Part shown: positions 9,484-18,259 of the stretch, one piece after another
Position numbering within the stretch: position 1 is the first letter of the stretch
Layout of the letters: each line of letters opens with the position of its first letter
NCBI GenBank assembly: GCA_002792635.1
Contig: PFOR01000015.1
Coordinates: forward strand, 6,744-70,743
DNA length: 64,000 nucleotides
Direction of reading: 5' to 3'
DNA from: Candidatus Pacearchaeota archaeon CG_4_10_14_0_2_um_filter_35_33
GTDB taxonomy: Archaea > Nanobdellota > Nanobdellia > Pacearchaeales > GW2011-AR1
Notes under the pieces: generated by a model
What the model saw: the letters and a program-made list of their open reading frames with translations, nothing else
What the model was told of the DNA's origin: nothing
Databases searched by the model: none
Program-made: the position numbers and the translations under genes

Positions 9484-10086
9484 ATGCAGAAACTAACGAT
9501 ATCAGAAGGATGGAATCTTGTTCCCTCCCGGACAAGCCTTGAAGAATGCTACTATTCAGATGAAAGAGAGCTATGCAAGGATGATGTTTTAGCAGAATAT
9601 TACTACATCCACGAACTAAGTGATTATATTACTCAAGAAGAACTGAAAAACAATCCCGAAAAATACATGAAATACATAGATGACGATGAAAATCCAGCAG
9701 CCAGATTTTATTCAAAATGGATTTACATAGATTCTGGGGCCTCTGACAAATGGCTAACCTACAAAAGTTCAGTTACCAAAAGAGAGCAATATCTCGAGGA
9801 GAGCCAAATAAACCTGTTTGAGGGATGGAATTTCCTAACATTCCAACCATTCATGGTATGGGATGATGATTTAGAAGATGACAGGTTATCATTTAACGAA
9901 ATGAAAGGAACCTGCGAGATAGAAAATCTATATTTCTGGCAACCTGTAGAGAAGGAATGGATTGCCTGGGATTTGAACGAAAAAATTGATAATGACTTAA
10001 TCGGAGCAGGTTTTGTAATCAAAGTTTCTGAGAGCTGTCATCTGGGATATGAAAAAGAACAACCAGGACCTCCACCGACACCATAA
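9484..10086 (+). CDS. Hypothetical protein with Pro-rich C-terminus (..EQPGPPPTP)
   Basis: 200-aa ORF starting 4 nt after the previous gene. Confidence 0.5.
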   Translation: MQKLTISEGWNLVPSRTSLEECYYSDERELCKDDVLAEYYYIHELSDYITQEELKNNPEKYMKYIDDDENPAARFYSKWIYIDSGASDKWLTYKSSVTKREQYLEESQINLFEGWNFLTFQPFMVWDDDLEDDRLSFNEMKGTCEIENLYFWQPVEKEWIAWDLNEKIDNDLIGAGFVIKVSESCHLGYEKEQPGPPPTP

Positions 10087-10087
10087 A

Positions 10088-10249
10088 ATGAATAACAAAG
10101 GAAAAGCATGGGTTTGGATACTGATTATAATAATTCTATTGATAATTATAATCGGTGCAATATTCATCATTATGGGCAATGATGGAGGAATCTCCAACGT
10201 TCTGTCGGGAGTTTCCGGACCTGGCTCTCCTCCGCCCCTTCCGAATTAA
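10088..10249 (+). CDS. Small single-helix membrane peptide with Pro-rich tail (..GPGSPPPLPN)
   Basis: The ATG at 10088 lies directly after the upstream stop. The listed ORF 10049..10249 is the same frame with an earlier, overlapping start. Confidence 0.4.
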   Translation: MNNKGKAWVWILIIIILLIIIIGAIFIIMGNDGGISNVLSGVSGPGSPPPLPN

Positions 10250-10282
10250 TTGGATTTATAAATACTCAAAGCATATTAAAAG

Positions 10283-11029
10283 ATGGATTTAACAGAGTTC
10301 AAAAAGTTCTTTCTATTCAATCTGATAGGGAGCTTGATTATTTCTGCGTCAGTTGCTGTTGTAACTGTTCTTATAGGAATCTTTAATGAAGTTACCTGGA
10401 GAGTAATAACAACTCTTGGAATGGTTGCTTTGCATTCTCTTATTTCCCTTGCATTTATATGGGGGGACGAAAAAGAAGGAACATTCAACGAGCTGGAATT
10501 TTTCTCAAACACACTCTTCTTGTTAATTGTGTTAAGTTTCATAACATCCCTATTCGGAATCTGGGAAATTCTTGATGAAGGATTAATATGGGATATATAC
10601 ATTACATACTTCTTGCTGGGTTTTGTGGCACTTCATGGAAACATCCTCTACAAAGCAATGCACAAGGAAAATTATCTTGACTTGATAGTCTATCTAAATT
10701 ACGTTTTCATGGCCTTAGTAGTCATTCTTCTCCTTCCTATAATCTACATAGATAATTCATTCACCATCCTCGGAGAATTTTATTACAGAATCCTCGCAGC
10801 AGCAGGAATAATTGATGGAACACTTAGTATTCTCGCAATAATCTTCTATAAACTTTATATGCACAAACATCCAAGAGTGGAAGACCCGCTTGAATATGGA
10901 TACATTCAAGGCGAAAGGAGAAAGAAAAAGAAGGGGTTAAGCTGGTGGGTTTGGATTCTCATTATCTACTTAATAATTCAGGTAAGCCTTCCTTTCTTTC
11001 TTTGGGGAATAAGAGGTTCTATATTTTAA
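10283..11029 (+). CDS. Polytopic membrane protein, unknown function
   Basis: 248 aa with multiple hydrophobic helices and a basic RRKKKKG segment before the last helix. Confidence 0.6.
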   Translation: MDLTEFKKFFLFNLIGSLIISASVAVVTVLIGIFNEVTWRVITTLGMVALHSLISLAFIWGDEKEGTFNELEFFSNTLFLLIVLSFITSLFGIWEILDEGLIWDIYITYFLLGFVALHGNILYKAMHKENYLDLIVYLNYVFMALVVILLLPIIYIDNSFTILGEFYYRILAAAGIIDGTLSILAIIFYKLYMHKHPRVEDPLEYGYIQGERRKKKKGLSWWVWILIIYLIIQVSLPFFLWGIRGSIF

Positions 11030-11068
11030 AGCCATAATCCTTAAATAACTCTCTTTTAAGATAAAACT

Positions 11069-12214
11069 ATGTCAAAAGAGCTTGTTATTATTGCAGGAAT
11101 TGCGAAGAATAATGTTATTGGGCAAGGTAATAAACTGCCGTGGCATTTGAAAGAGGATTTGAAAAGATTTAAGGAACTAACATTTGGCCATCCCATGATT
11201 ATGGGTAGAAAGACTTTTGAATCAATCCTTGAAATGCTTGGTAGTCCATTGCCTGGGAGAACATCAATAATATTAACAAACCAGCAGAGTTATAATCATC
11301 CAGATGCTATAACAACTCATTCATTGGATGAAGCGATAAAGAAAGCACATGAAATATCAGATAAGGCATTTATCATCGGCGGGCAATCAATTTACGAACA
11401 GGCATTGCCGTTGGCAGATAAACTCGAAATTACTCACGTACACAGAAACTTTGAAGGGGATGCTTTCTTCCCTGAGATAAAAGGGGATGATTGGCTTGAA
11501 ATTAAGAGACGGGATTTTGAAGGTGAAAATCTCGGATACACATTTTCAACATATGAAAAAAGACCGCAAGCAATTAAAAAAAATAGAAAAGGAATGTTTA
11601 TTGTAGTAGAGGGTATTGATGGCTCTGGGAAATCAACACAAATAAAGAACCTCGCATATCATATTTTTAGCAAAAGTAAATATCATCATATAATTTTAAC
11701 AAGAAATCCATATAAGAATGTCAACATCAGGGATATATTGCATCAAGATTCAAATCCGTATTCGCAGGCAGAAAAACTTGCAGATTCTTTCATAGCAGAT
11801 AGGACGCAACAAGCGGAAGAGATTATCCTTCCAAATCTAGAGAAGGGACATTTTGTAATTTCAGATAGATATAAGTTATCAACAATAATCTACCAAGCAA
11901 CACAAGGCATGGATATGGAAGAATTAATTGAGAAACAATCTCACTTGCCTGTTCCTGATATGACATTTATCATTGATGTGTCTGTAGAAGAAGCAAAAAG
12001 AAGAATGATGGGTGAAGATGTTTCTATAAGAGGAAAGGAACACAAGTTTGAGGCAGATGTAGGGTTCATGAAAAAACTTAGAGACAATCTCCTAAAAGCA
12101 AAAGACTTGCTATCAGAAAAAGGAGAAAAAGTCTTTGTAATAAACGGGGAAAGAATTCCCGAAGAAATCACCAAAGACATCGCAGACATCTTTGACAGAG
12201 AATTAATTGATTGA
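11069..12214 (+). CDS. folA-tmk: Dihydrofolate reductase fused to thymidylate (dTMP) kinase
   Basis: N-terminal ~165 aa are DHFR-like (IGQGNKLPWHLKEDLKRFKELT..MGRKTFESI..IIGGQSIYEQ). The C-terminal part is dTMP kinase (FIVVEGIDGSGKSTQ P-loop, DRY motif in ISDRYKLST). Confidence 0.9.
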   Translation: MSKELVIIAGIAKNNVIGQGNKLPWHLKEDLKRFKELTFGHPMIMGRKTFESILEMLGSPLPGRTSIILTNQQSYNHPDAITTHSLDEAIKKAHEISDKAFIIGGQSIYEQALPLADKLEITHVHRNFEGDAFFPEIKGDDWLEIKRRDFEGENLGYTFSTYEKRPQAIKKNRKGMFIVVEGIDGSGKSTQIKNLAYHIFSKSKYHHIILTRNPYKNVNIRDILHQDSNPYSQAEKLADSFIADRTQQAEEIILPNLEKGHFVISDRYKLSTIIYQATQGMDMEELIEKQSHLPVPDMTFIIDVSVEEAKRRMMGEDVSIRGKEHKFEADVGFMKKLRDNLLKAKDLLSEKGEKVFVINGERIPEEITKDIADIFDRELID

Positions 12215-14230
12215 CTGTTCCTGCATTTCCCTGACAGCATCTAGTACTCTTGTATCCGGAGAAAGAATAAAAACGTGATCTTCCGGAGAACGTAAGGCTC
12301 TGAAGATTCTTTGTATAAATTCTCTTCTTGCTTTATCTCTGTAAAATTCCCAATAGATTCCGGGATTTGTTTTTTGTAAAATCTTCCAGAAAGTGTCTTT
12401 AACATTTGGATTTGGATATTTGGTGAATACAATAGATTTACAAGTATCCCCCGGAAAGTCTACTCCTCTCGAACATTTAGTACTAAATAACCTCTCTGAA
12501 AGGCCTTGTTTAAATCCTATTATCGCTCTTCCTTCTTTATCATCCCTCTGCAACTGGATTAGTTTTTCATGATTCATTACGCCATACAAATCAAATTTGG
12601 CAATTTCCTCTTCATTAGGAAGATCCCTAAAAGCATTAACGTGAATTAACGTTGGTTTCTCTGCCTTAATGATACAAGCCTTTAAAGATTCCAAGTAATC
12701 TTGACGGGATTTCCTATTCGAACTAAAATTAGAATATTTACAATCGAATTCCTTTCCTGTCTTAACAATGTCTAACTGCCCCATTGTTATTGTTTCTGCT
12801 TCAACAATCTTATAATCTTCCAATCTAAAAAGCTCCTTTATTATCCTGGGAGAATGTAATGTTCCGGACATGAAAACTAAAGATTTTGTTTTGTTAAGCA
12901 AATCACTGAACTTTGGAGTCAAATTAATACTAACAAGCCTGACAAAATGATTATCTTCTTCTTTTCTAAATGTTACATATACGTCATCTAATGTATTACC
13001 AAAATTCTTCGCGGCCTCCAAAGCAGAGTTAGCGTAATTCATTTCATCAATCAATATTTCAGCTTCCAAATCAGAATCTCCAATTAACATTCCCAAGATG
13101 TCTGCTATCTTTGTTTCCCTGATGTGGAAAACTTGTTCTTCGTCTACTCCTAAAACAATTTTATTTTTTATTTCCAGACCAAGCAATTCAAGAATTCTCT
13201 TTAGATGTTCTCTTGTTTCAGGTTTATCCGGAACAATGTGTTTTAGGGAATTCTCAAGTCTATTCAGATTAATTTCTCCTTGTTCGAACAAAGAATCCAG
13301 AAAATCATCAGCTTCATCGATTATCTCTACATCCGTCATTGGTTTTCTGCCTAAAGACAATTCAGCAAGGTATTTAGCGGAATTAAAAATAATAACGTCT
13401 GCTTCTTTATATGAAAGGTATTGGTCATAATAAGAACATCCGGGTTTTCTATGGTAAAAGATATATTGTTTTCCGTCACATCCCTTATATTTCATCTTGT
13501 TGGCTTTCATCTGTCTCAAATCCAAATCGGCAGGTAAAATAGGACTCCAATAAGGGTTTGTAGGTGCGATAGATATTCTCTTTAAATCTTGTATGTCTGG
13601 AAAATCCTTATTTTGTAATAACGGGTTGCTAGAATAGTATTCCATCAATTTATCCTGATTTTTGTCAGTTAACTTAATATTCTCAGGCAATAGGGGGTCT
13701 GCACATGACTTTCCAGGAAAGTATAACGAATCGTGATTATCTCTGCCTGTAATCATTGCAATCTTCATTTTTCTTCCTGATTTGTTTCTTAAATGAAGTT
13801 TATGCATGTAATCCTCCTCATATTGTTTTTGGAGGGCTTTAACAGGAACAACAACACTTGCACTGCCAAGAGAACGAGCAATATTTAATGCAATGGCACT
13901 CTTTCCAGTTCCACAAGTTCCATGCAAGAATACTATTCTGGTTCCTTTCTGGATAAGTTCTACAATTTCCCTAACAACATCTTCCTGCGTCTTTCCATTT
14001 GTGAACTTTAATGGCTTTAATGCCTGTTTTCCATGTAAGCTCCAGTAATCTTTCTCAAAAATGTCCTCCATTTTATCCCCTTTATCTGAATCCTTCTGTA
14101 AAAAAAGCAAGGACGAGGAAGTTCTTAACTCTCTGTTTTCACTTCCAACTTTTTCCTTTTTCTGATAATTTTCCAGACTTCCATCAACGCCAATCAACTT
14201 TCCGTTAGAATCAAATTTCATTCTCTTCAT
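12203..14230 (-). CDS. Superfamily-2 helicase, XPD/Rad3/DinG-like
   Basis: Walker A GTCGTGKS and Walker B IIDEADDF. The C-terminal ..SRGVDFPGD..IVFTKYPNPN resembles the helicase C_2 region of the XPD/DinG family. Confidence 0.75.
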   Translation of the reverse strand: MKRMKFDSNGKLIGVDGSLENYQKKEKVGSENRELRTSSSLLFLQKDSDKGDKMEDIFEKDYWSLHGKQALKPLKFTNGKTQEDVVREIVELIQKGTRIVFLHGTCGTGKSAIALNIARSLGSASVVVPVKALQKQYEEDYMHKLHLRNKSGRKMKIAMITGRDNHDSLYFPGKSCADPLLPENIKLTDKNQDKLMEYYSSNPLLQNKDFPDIQDLKRISIAPTNPYWSPILPADLDLRQMKANKMKYKGCDGKQYIFYHRKPGCSYYDQYLSYKEADVIIFNSAKYLAELSLGRKPMTDVEIIDEADDFLDSLFEQGEINLNRLENSLKHIVPDKPETREHLKRILELLGLEIKNKIVLGVDEEQVFHIRETKIADILGMLIGDSDLEAEILIDEMNYANSALEAAKNFGNTLDDVYVTFRKEEDNHFVRLVSINLTPKFSDLLNKTKSLVFMSGTLHSPRIIKELFRLEDYKIVEAETITMGQLDIVKTGKEFDCKYSNFSSNRKSRQDYLESLKACIIKAEKPTLIHVNAFRDLPNEEEIAKFDLYGVMNHEKLIQLQRDDKEGRAIIGFKQGLSERLFSTKCSRGVDFPGDTCKSIVFTKYPNPNVKDTFWKILQKTNPGIYWEFYRDKARREFIQRIFRALRSPEDHVFILSPDTRVLDAVREMQEQSIN

Positions 14231-14332
14231 GAGGGTACCTTACAAATGAGCTTTATAAAAATTTAGTGAAAGATTTATAAACAGACAAATTAGAAATTAG
14301 ATATAAAAACAACGAAAGATTATATTCTAAGG

Positions 14333-14497
14333 ATGTACAAACCGACAGAAAAGCGAGCAGTTGCATATCTTTCAGTAGCCATAACCTTCGCGGGAATTAC
14401 TGATTATGCAATAGACAGGTTCATGGAACATAGAGAACAAAGAACAGTTCTAAGAACTTCCTCTCTGGAAAACATAAGTGAAAAAAACTCAAATTAA
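14333..14497 (+). CDS. Candidate 54-aa small protein
   Basis: Hand-found ORF MYKPTEKRAVAYLSVAITFAGITDYAIDRF.. in the helicase-glyA gap. No family recognised. Confidence 0.25.
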   Translation: MYKPTEKRAVAYLSVAITFAGITDYAIDRFMEHREQRTVLRTSSLENISEKNSN

Positions 14498-15729
14498 TAA
14501 TAGGGAAACCTTTCGCACAAATTCCTTATTTTCCCCCTTATTATGCCCTTCAACTCTTTGCTTTCCCTAGCTTTAATAACATCAGCCATCCACTTTCCAA
14601 TCTCCTCCATCTCTTTTTCCTTCATTCCACGGGTTGTTAAAACAGGCGTTCCTAAACGCAGTCCGGATGGTTTGAATGGAGTGCTTTCATCATATGGAAC
14701 ACTATTGGCATTACAACAGATTCCAGATTCTTCTAATGCAACAGCAACTTCCCTACCAAGCCCAATTCCAAACGGACGCAAATCAATTAATAAAAGATGG
14801 TTATCAGTTCCGTTTGTTACTAACTTTATGCCCTCATCCATCAAAGTCGAAGCAAGAGCTTTTGCGTTTTTGATTATTTGTTGCGAATATTCCTTGAATT
14901 CTGGTTGCATTGCGTCCTTGAAGGCGATTGCTTTCCCAGCCGTATTATTATTATGGGGGCCTCCCTGCATTCCGGGGAAAACAGCCCTATCAATGTCTTT
15001 AGCATATTTTTCCTTGCATAATATTAATCCACCCCTAGGACCTCTAAGAGTCTTATGGGTGGTTGTCATAACAACATCAGTATAAGGCACGGGATTTTCT
15101 AGAACACCTCCAGCAATTAAACCAGAAATATGGGAAATATCTGCTAAATGAATTGCGTCAACTTCTTCCGCAATTTTCTGGAATCTTTTAAAGTCAATAT
15201 TTCTTGGATAAGCAGTTAATCCAGATATGATTAACCTTGGCTTTTCTCGTAAAGCTATTTCTCTAATCTTGCCATAATCTAATAACTCAGTTTCTTTATC
15301 AACACCATAACTAACTGCTTGATAGATTTTCCCTGAAAAATTAACCTTGCTTCCATGCGTTAAATGCCCTCCACAAGCTAAATCCAGACCCATAAACTTC
15401 TCGCCCGGCTTCAAAAAAGCAAGAAAAACAGCAGCATTTGCCGGACTCCCAGATAATGGCTGAACATTAGCGTGTTCTGCTCCAAATAATTTCTTGGCTC
15501 TGTCAATAGCAATCTTCTCTATATTATCAACATGCTCATTCCCTTGATAATATCTCTTAAAGGGATAACCTTCAGAATACTTGTTCATCAATACAGACCC
15601 ACAAGCCTCCAGAACAGCAGGAGAAACATAATTTTCAGAAGGAATCATATTTAACACGGATTTCTGTCTTTCCAGTTCCTGATTCATATACCCAAAAACT
15701 TCAGGGTCTGCCTCTTTTATGGATTCCAT
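14494..15729 (-). CDS. glyA: Serine hydroxymethyltransferase
   Basis: 411 aa with ..GGHLTHGS.. and the PLP-lysine region TTTHKTLRGPRGG. Confidence 0.95.
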   Translation of the reverse strand: MESIKEADPEVFGYMNQELERQKSVLNMIPSENYVSPAVLEACGSVLMNKYSEGYPFKRYYQGNEHVDNIEKIAIDRAKKLFGAEHANVQPLSGSPANAAVFLAFLKPGEKFMGLDLACGGHLTHGSKVNFSGKIYQAVSYGVDKETELLDYGKIREIALREKPRLIISGLTAYPRNIDFKRFQKIAEEVDAIHLADISHISGLIAGGVLENPVPYTDVVMTTTHKTLRGPRGGLILCKEKYAKDIDRAVFPGMQGGPHNNNTAGKAIAFKDAMQPEFKEYSQQIIKNAKALASTLMDEGIKLVTNGTDNHLLLIDLRPFGIGLGREVAVALEESGICCNANSVPYDESTPFKPSGLRLGTPVLTTRGMKEKEMEEIGKWMADVIKARESKELKGIIRGKIRNLCERFPYY

Positions 15730-15779
15730 AGTAGTCCTTGAAGCTAAAACAATTTAAATATATCTATGCTGGAAAAAAC

Positions 15780-16286
15780 ATGACTCTAGTAATATTGACA
15801 TCCTCAAGCCCCAAATTAATAGGACAACTAAATCCCTCATTAATAATAACAAATAATCCAAACCCCTCCAAGTTAGATTTTCCTTGTATAATTATAGAAG
15901 ATAAAAATTTTAATAGTAGAAAAGAATATGACTTATCAATAAAGGAAAAATTAGATAATATAAATCCTGATTTAATTATCTTGGCAGACTATAACAAAAT
16001 CATAAAATCCCCGGAATTACTAGAAAAATACAAGGACAAAATAATCAACATCCATCTTTCATATCTTCCAAATTTCCCAGGATATAAAGCACACGAGCAG
16101 GCCTGGAAAGCAAAAGCCAAGGAGTCTGGATACACATTACACCGGATTAATGGTCATGTGGACAAAGGCCAAATCCTAAAACAAGAAAAAGTTGATATAA
16201 GCGATTGTAAATCTCCAAAAGAGATAAAGGATAAGTTATCAAAATCTGCTTGGAAAGGATTGAAAGAGTTAATCGCAACCCTTTAA
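15780..16286 (+). CDS. Formyltransferase-domain protein (PurN/GAR transformylase-like)
   Basis: IINIHLSYLPNFPGYKAHEQA..SGYTLHRINGHVDKGQIL matches the formyl-transferase N-domain pattern. The listed ORF begins at a TTG (15738); the first ATG is at 15780. Confidence 0.65.
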   Translation: MTLVILTSSSPKLIGQLNPSLIITNNPNPSKLDFPCIIIEDKNFNSRKEYDLSIKEKLDNINPDLIILADYNKIIKSPELLEKYKDKIINIHLSYLPNFPGYKAHEQAWKAKAKESGYTLHRINGHVDKGQILKQEKVDISDCKSPKEIKDKLSKSAWKGLKELIATL

Positions 16287-16311
16287 AACTCTCAATTCTC
16301 AATAATCCTAA

Positions 16312-16392
16312 GCCGTCGTTGGGTAGTGGTAGCCCGCTTGCTTGGAGAGCAAGTTTCCTTTGGATATCCAGGTTCGATTCCTGGCGACGGCG
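16312..16392 (+). tRNA. tRNA-Ser (anticodon GGA)
   Basis: Hand fold: acceptor GCCGTCG/CGACGGC, anticodon stem CTTGC/GCAAG with loop TTGGAGA, a 14-nt variable arm, and T arm CCAGG-TTCGATT-CCTGG. Confidence 0.85.
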
Positions 16393-16598
16393 TACTTCCA
16401 TTACAAGAGATAACTAAATTATTAAAACTATGCCTTTAACATCTTAATAAGAAAATTCAATCCTCTTTCTATAAATTCAATTTTCTCATCCCTGCTTAAC
16501 AATACAAATTTTTCCCTATTAAACTCCGGCTCTGTAGGCTTTGCCAGTTCCATAAGTTTAATCTATGAACTTTCTTTATAAATCATCGGAGAAATTTT

Positions 16599-16726
16599 TT
16601 ATGTCAAGGTTGCCGATGCAGAAAACCATATACTTTAGTGCATGGATGAATGCAACCTTGAGCATCCAAAAGTTCAAACAAGCCCCACACTTTAGTGTGG
16701 AGTAAAACACAAGAACTTTTTGATAT
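16599..16726 (+). repeat. MITE-like modular repeat, copy B (full length)
   Basis: TTATGTCAAGGTTGC..GCAACCTTGAGCATCCAAAAGTTCAAACAAGCCCCACACTTTAGTGTGGAGTAAAACACAAGAACTTTTTGATAT. Contains two hairpin modules. Confidence 0.85.
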
Positions 16727-16845
16727 TAAGAATGACTGTTTGCTGACCTGCGGAAGAAGTATCAAGACTTATGGATATGTTAACTAAAGAAGATTGATTT
16801 GATTAATAGGAAAATCTTTAAAAAGAGCATTTTATTTTTGATGAT

Positions 16846-17040
16846 ATGACCTACATCGAAATTAAAGGCGTTTTGTTGAGAGAGAATGCGAGAGATATTT
16901 GTATCCAGGCTAATCGATGTGAATATGCAAGAGAGTGTGCTGATAATCCTAGAATGAGAGATGGGTGTGCTGCTTATTTTGGTCTGACCTTAAATCAGCT
17001 TTCATTAGAGACGGAAAGAGAGCCTAGGAGGAAAAGATGA
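16846..17040 (+). CDS. Small hypothetical protein (Cys-containing)
   Basis: 64-aa ORF whose stop overlaps the start of the next gene (ATGA). Confidence 0.4.
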   Translation: MTYIEIKGVLLRENARDICIQANRCEYARECADNPRMRDGCAAYFGLTLNQLSLETEREPRRKR

Positions 17041-17624
17041 ATAAAATATTTTTTTATGTTAGTGTTTTGATAGTGATTGCCCTGATATTTATTGTTCCTA
17101 ACCTAACAATTCCCTTGACAGGGAATGTTGTGGGTGTTGATAAAGGCCAGGAAGTAGTTTTGGAAACTAATTATGGCGACATTGTTTTGGCCCTTTATTC
17201 GGACATGCCTGTAACAACAGGAAATTTTGTTGATTTAGTAAACGAAGGATATTATGATGGGGTTAAGTTTCACAGGGTTATTAATGGTTTCATGATTCAA
17301 GGAGGAGACCCATACACGAAGGATGACTCCAAGAAAAATTTATGGGGTGCTGGGGGGCCAGGATATACAATTGAAGATGAATTTAATGGAAAAGGAAACT
17401 TAAGAGGTACTATTTCCATGGCTAATGCTGGGGCAAATACCGGAGGAAGTCAGTTTTTCATTAATCTTGTTGATAATAACTTCTTAGATGGCAAGCATCC
17501 TGTTTTTGGAGAAGTTATTTCTGGAATGGGTGTTGTTGATAAGATTGGAAAAGTCCAAACAACTGGAAGTCCATTAGATAGGCCTCTGGAAGATGTTGTT
17601 ATTGAGAGGATTTATGCGCGATGA
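17037..17624 (+). CDS. Cyclophilin-type peptidyl-prolyl cis-trans isomerase with N-terminal membrane anchor
   Basis: FHRVINGFMIQGGDP and SMANAGANTGGSQFFI. An N-terminal helix is followed by LTGNVVG. Confidence 0.9.
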   Translation: MNKIFFYVSVLIVIALIFIVPNLTIPLTGNVVGVDKGQEVVLETNYGDIVLALYSDMPVTTGNFVDLVNEGYYDGVKFHRVINGFMIQGGDPYTKDDSKKNLWGAGGPGYTIEDEFNGKGNLRGTISMANAGANTGGSQFFINLVDNNFLDGKHPVFGEVISGMGVVDKIGKVQTTGSPLDRPLEDVVIERIYAR

Positions 17625-18235
17625 GATTGTTATTCATGGGACCACAGGCGTCAGGAAAAGGGACGCAAGCAAAAATAATTTCTAAAAAGCTCGAGATTCC
17701 ACATATTTCTACAGGTGATTTATTGAGGAATGTTGAAGGCGAGTTAAAGGAAGAAATTGATTCTTATATGAATCAAGGGATGTTATATCCGGATGAGGGG
17801 ATGATTAGGATATTGAAAGAGAGATTTAAGGAAGATGACACTGATAATGGTTTCATATTAGATGGGTTTCCTAGAAATTTGAAACAAGCTGAAATGCTTG
17901 ATGAGATTACGGAAATTGACAAAGTTGTCGAAATCCATGTTGATGAGGAAAGAACAATACAAAGGATTCTAAACAGATTGAATTGTCCTAATTGTGGGGC
18001 TTTGTTTAATGCTGTAAAACATAAACCAAAAGTTGAAAATATATGTGATGATTGTGGCTCAGGATTAATAAAGAGAAAAGATGATACTGAAGAGGCAATC
18101 AGGAAAAGATTAGAGATTTATGAAAGGGATACGAAACCCGTATTGGAACATTATAAGGGCAGGGTTGTTAGAGTTGATGGGGGGATTGGGATAAAGAATG
18201 TTACTGAGGCGATTTTAGAGAAACTTAAGGTTTAA
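17621..18235 (+). CDS. adk: Adenylate kinase (zinc-lid type)
   Basis: P-loop GPQASGKGTQA and lid CPNCG..CDDCG. The start overlaps the upstream stop (ATGA). Confidence 0.9.
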   Translation: MRLLFMGPQASGKGTQAKIISKKLEIPHISTGDLLRNVEGELKEEIDSYMNQGMLYPDEGMIRILKERFKEDDTDNGFILDGFPRNLKQAEMLDEITEIDKVVEIHVDEERTIQRILNRLNCPNCGALFNAVKHKPKVENICDDCGSGLIKRKDDTEEAIRKRLEIYERDTKPVLEHYKGRVVRVDGGIGIKNVTEAILEKLKV

Positions 18236-18259
18236 TAGTTATAATTTGCTTCTTGGATA

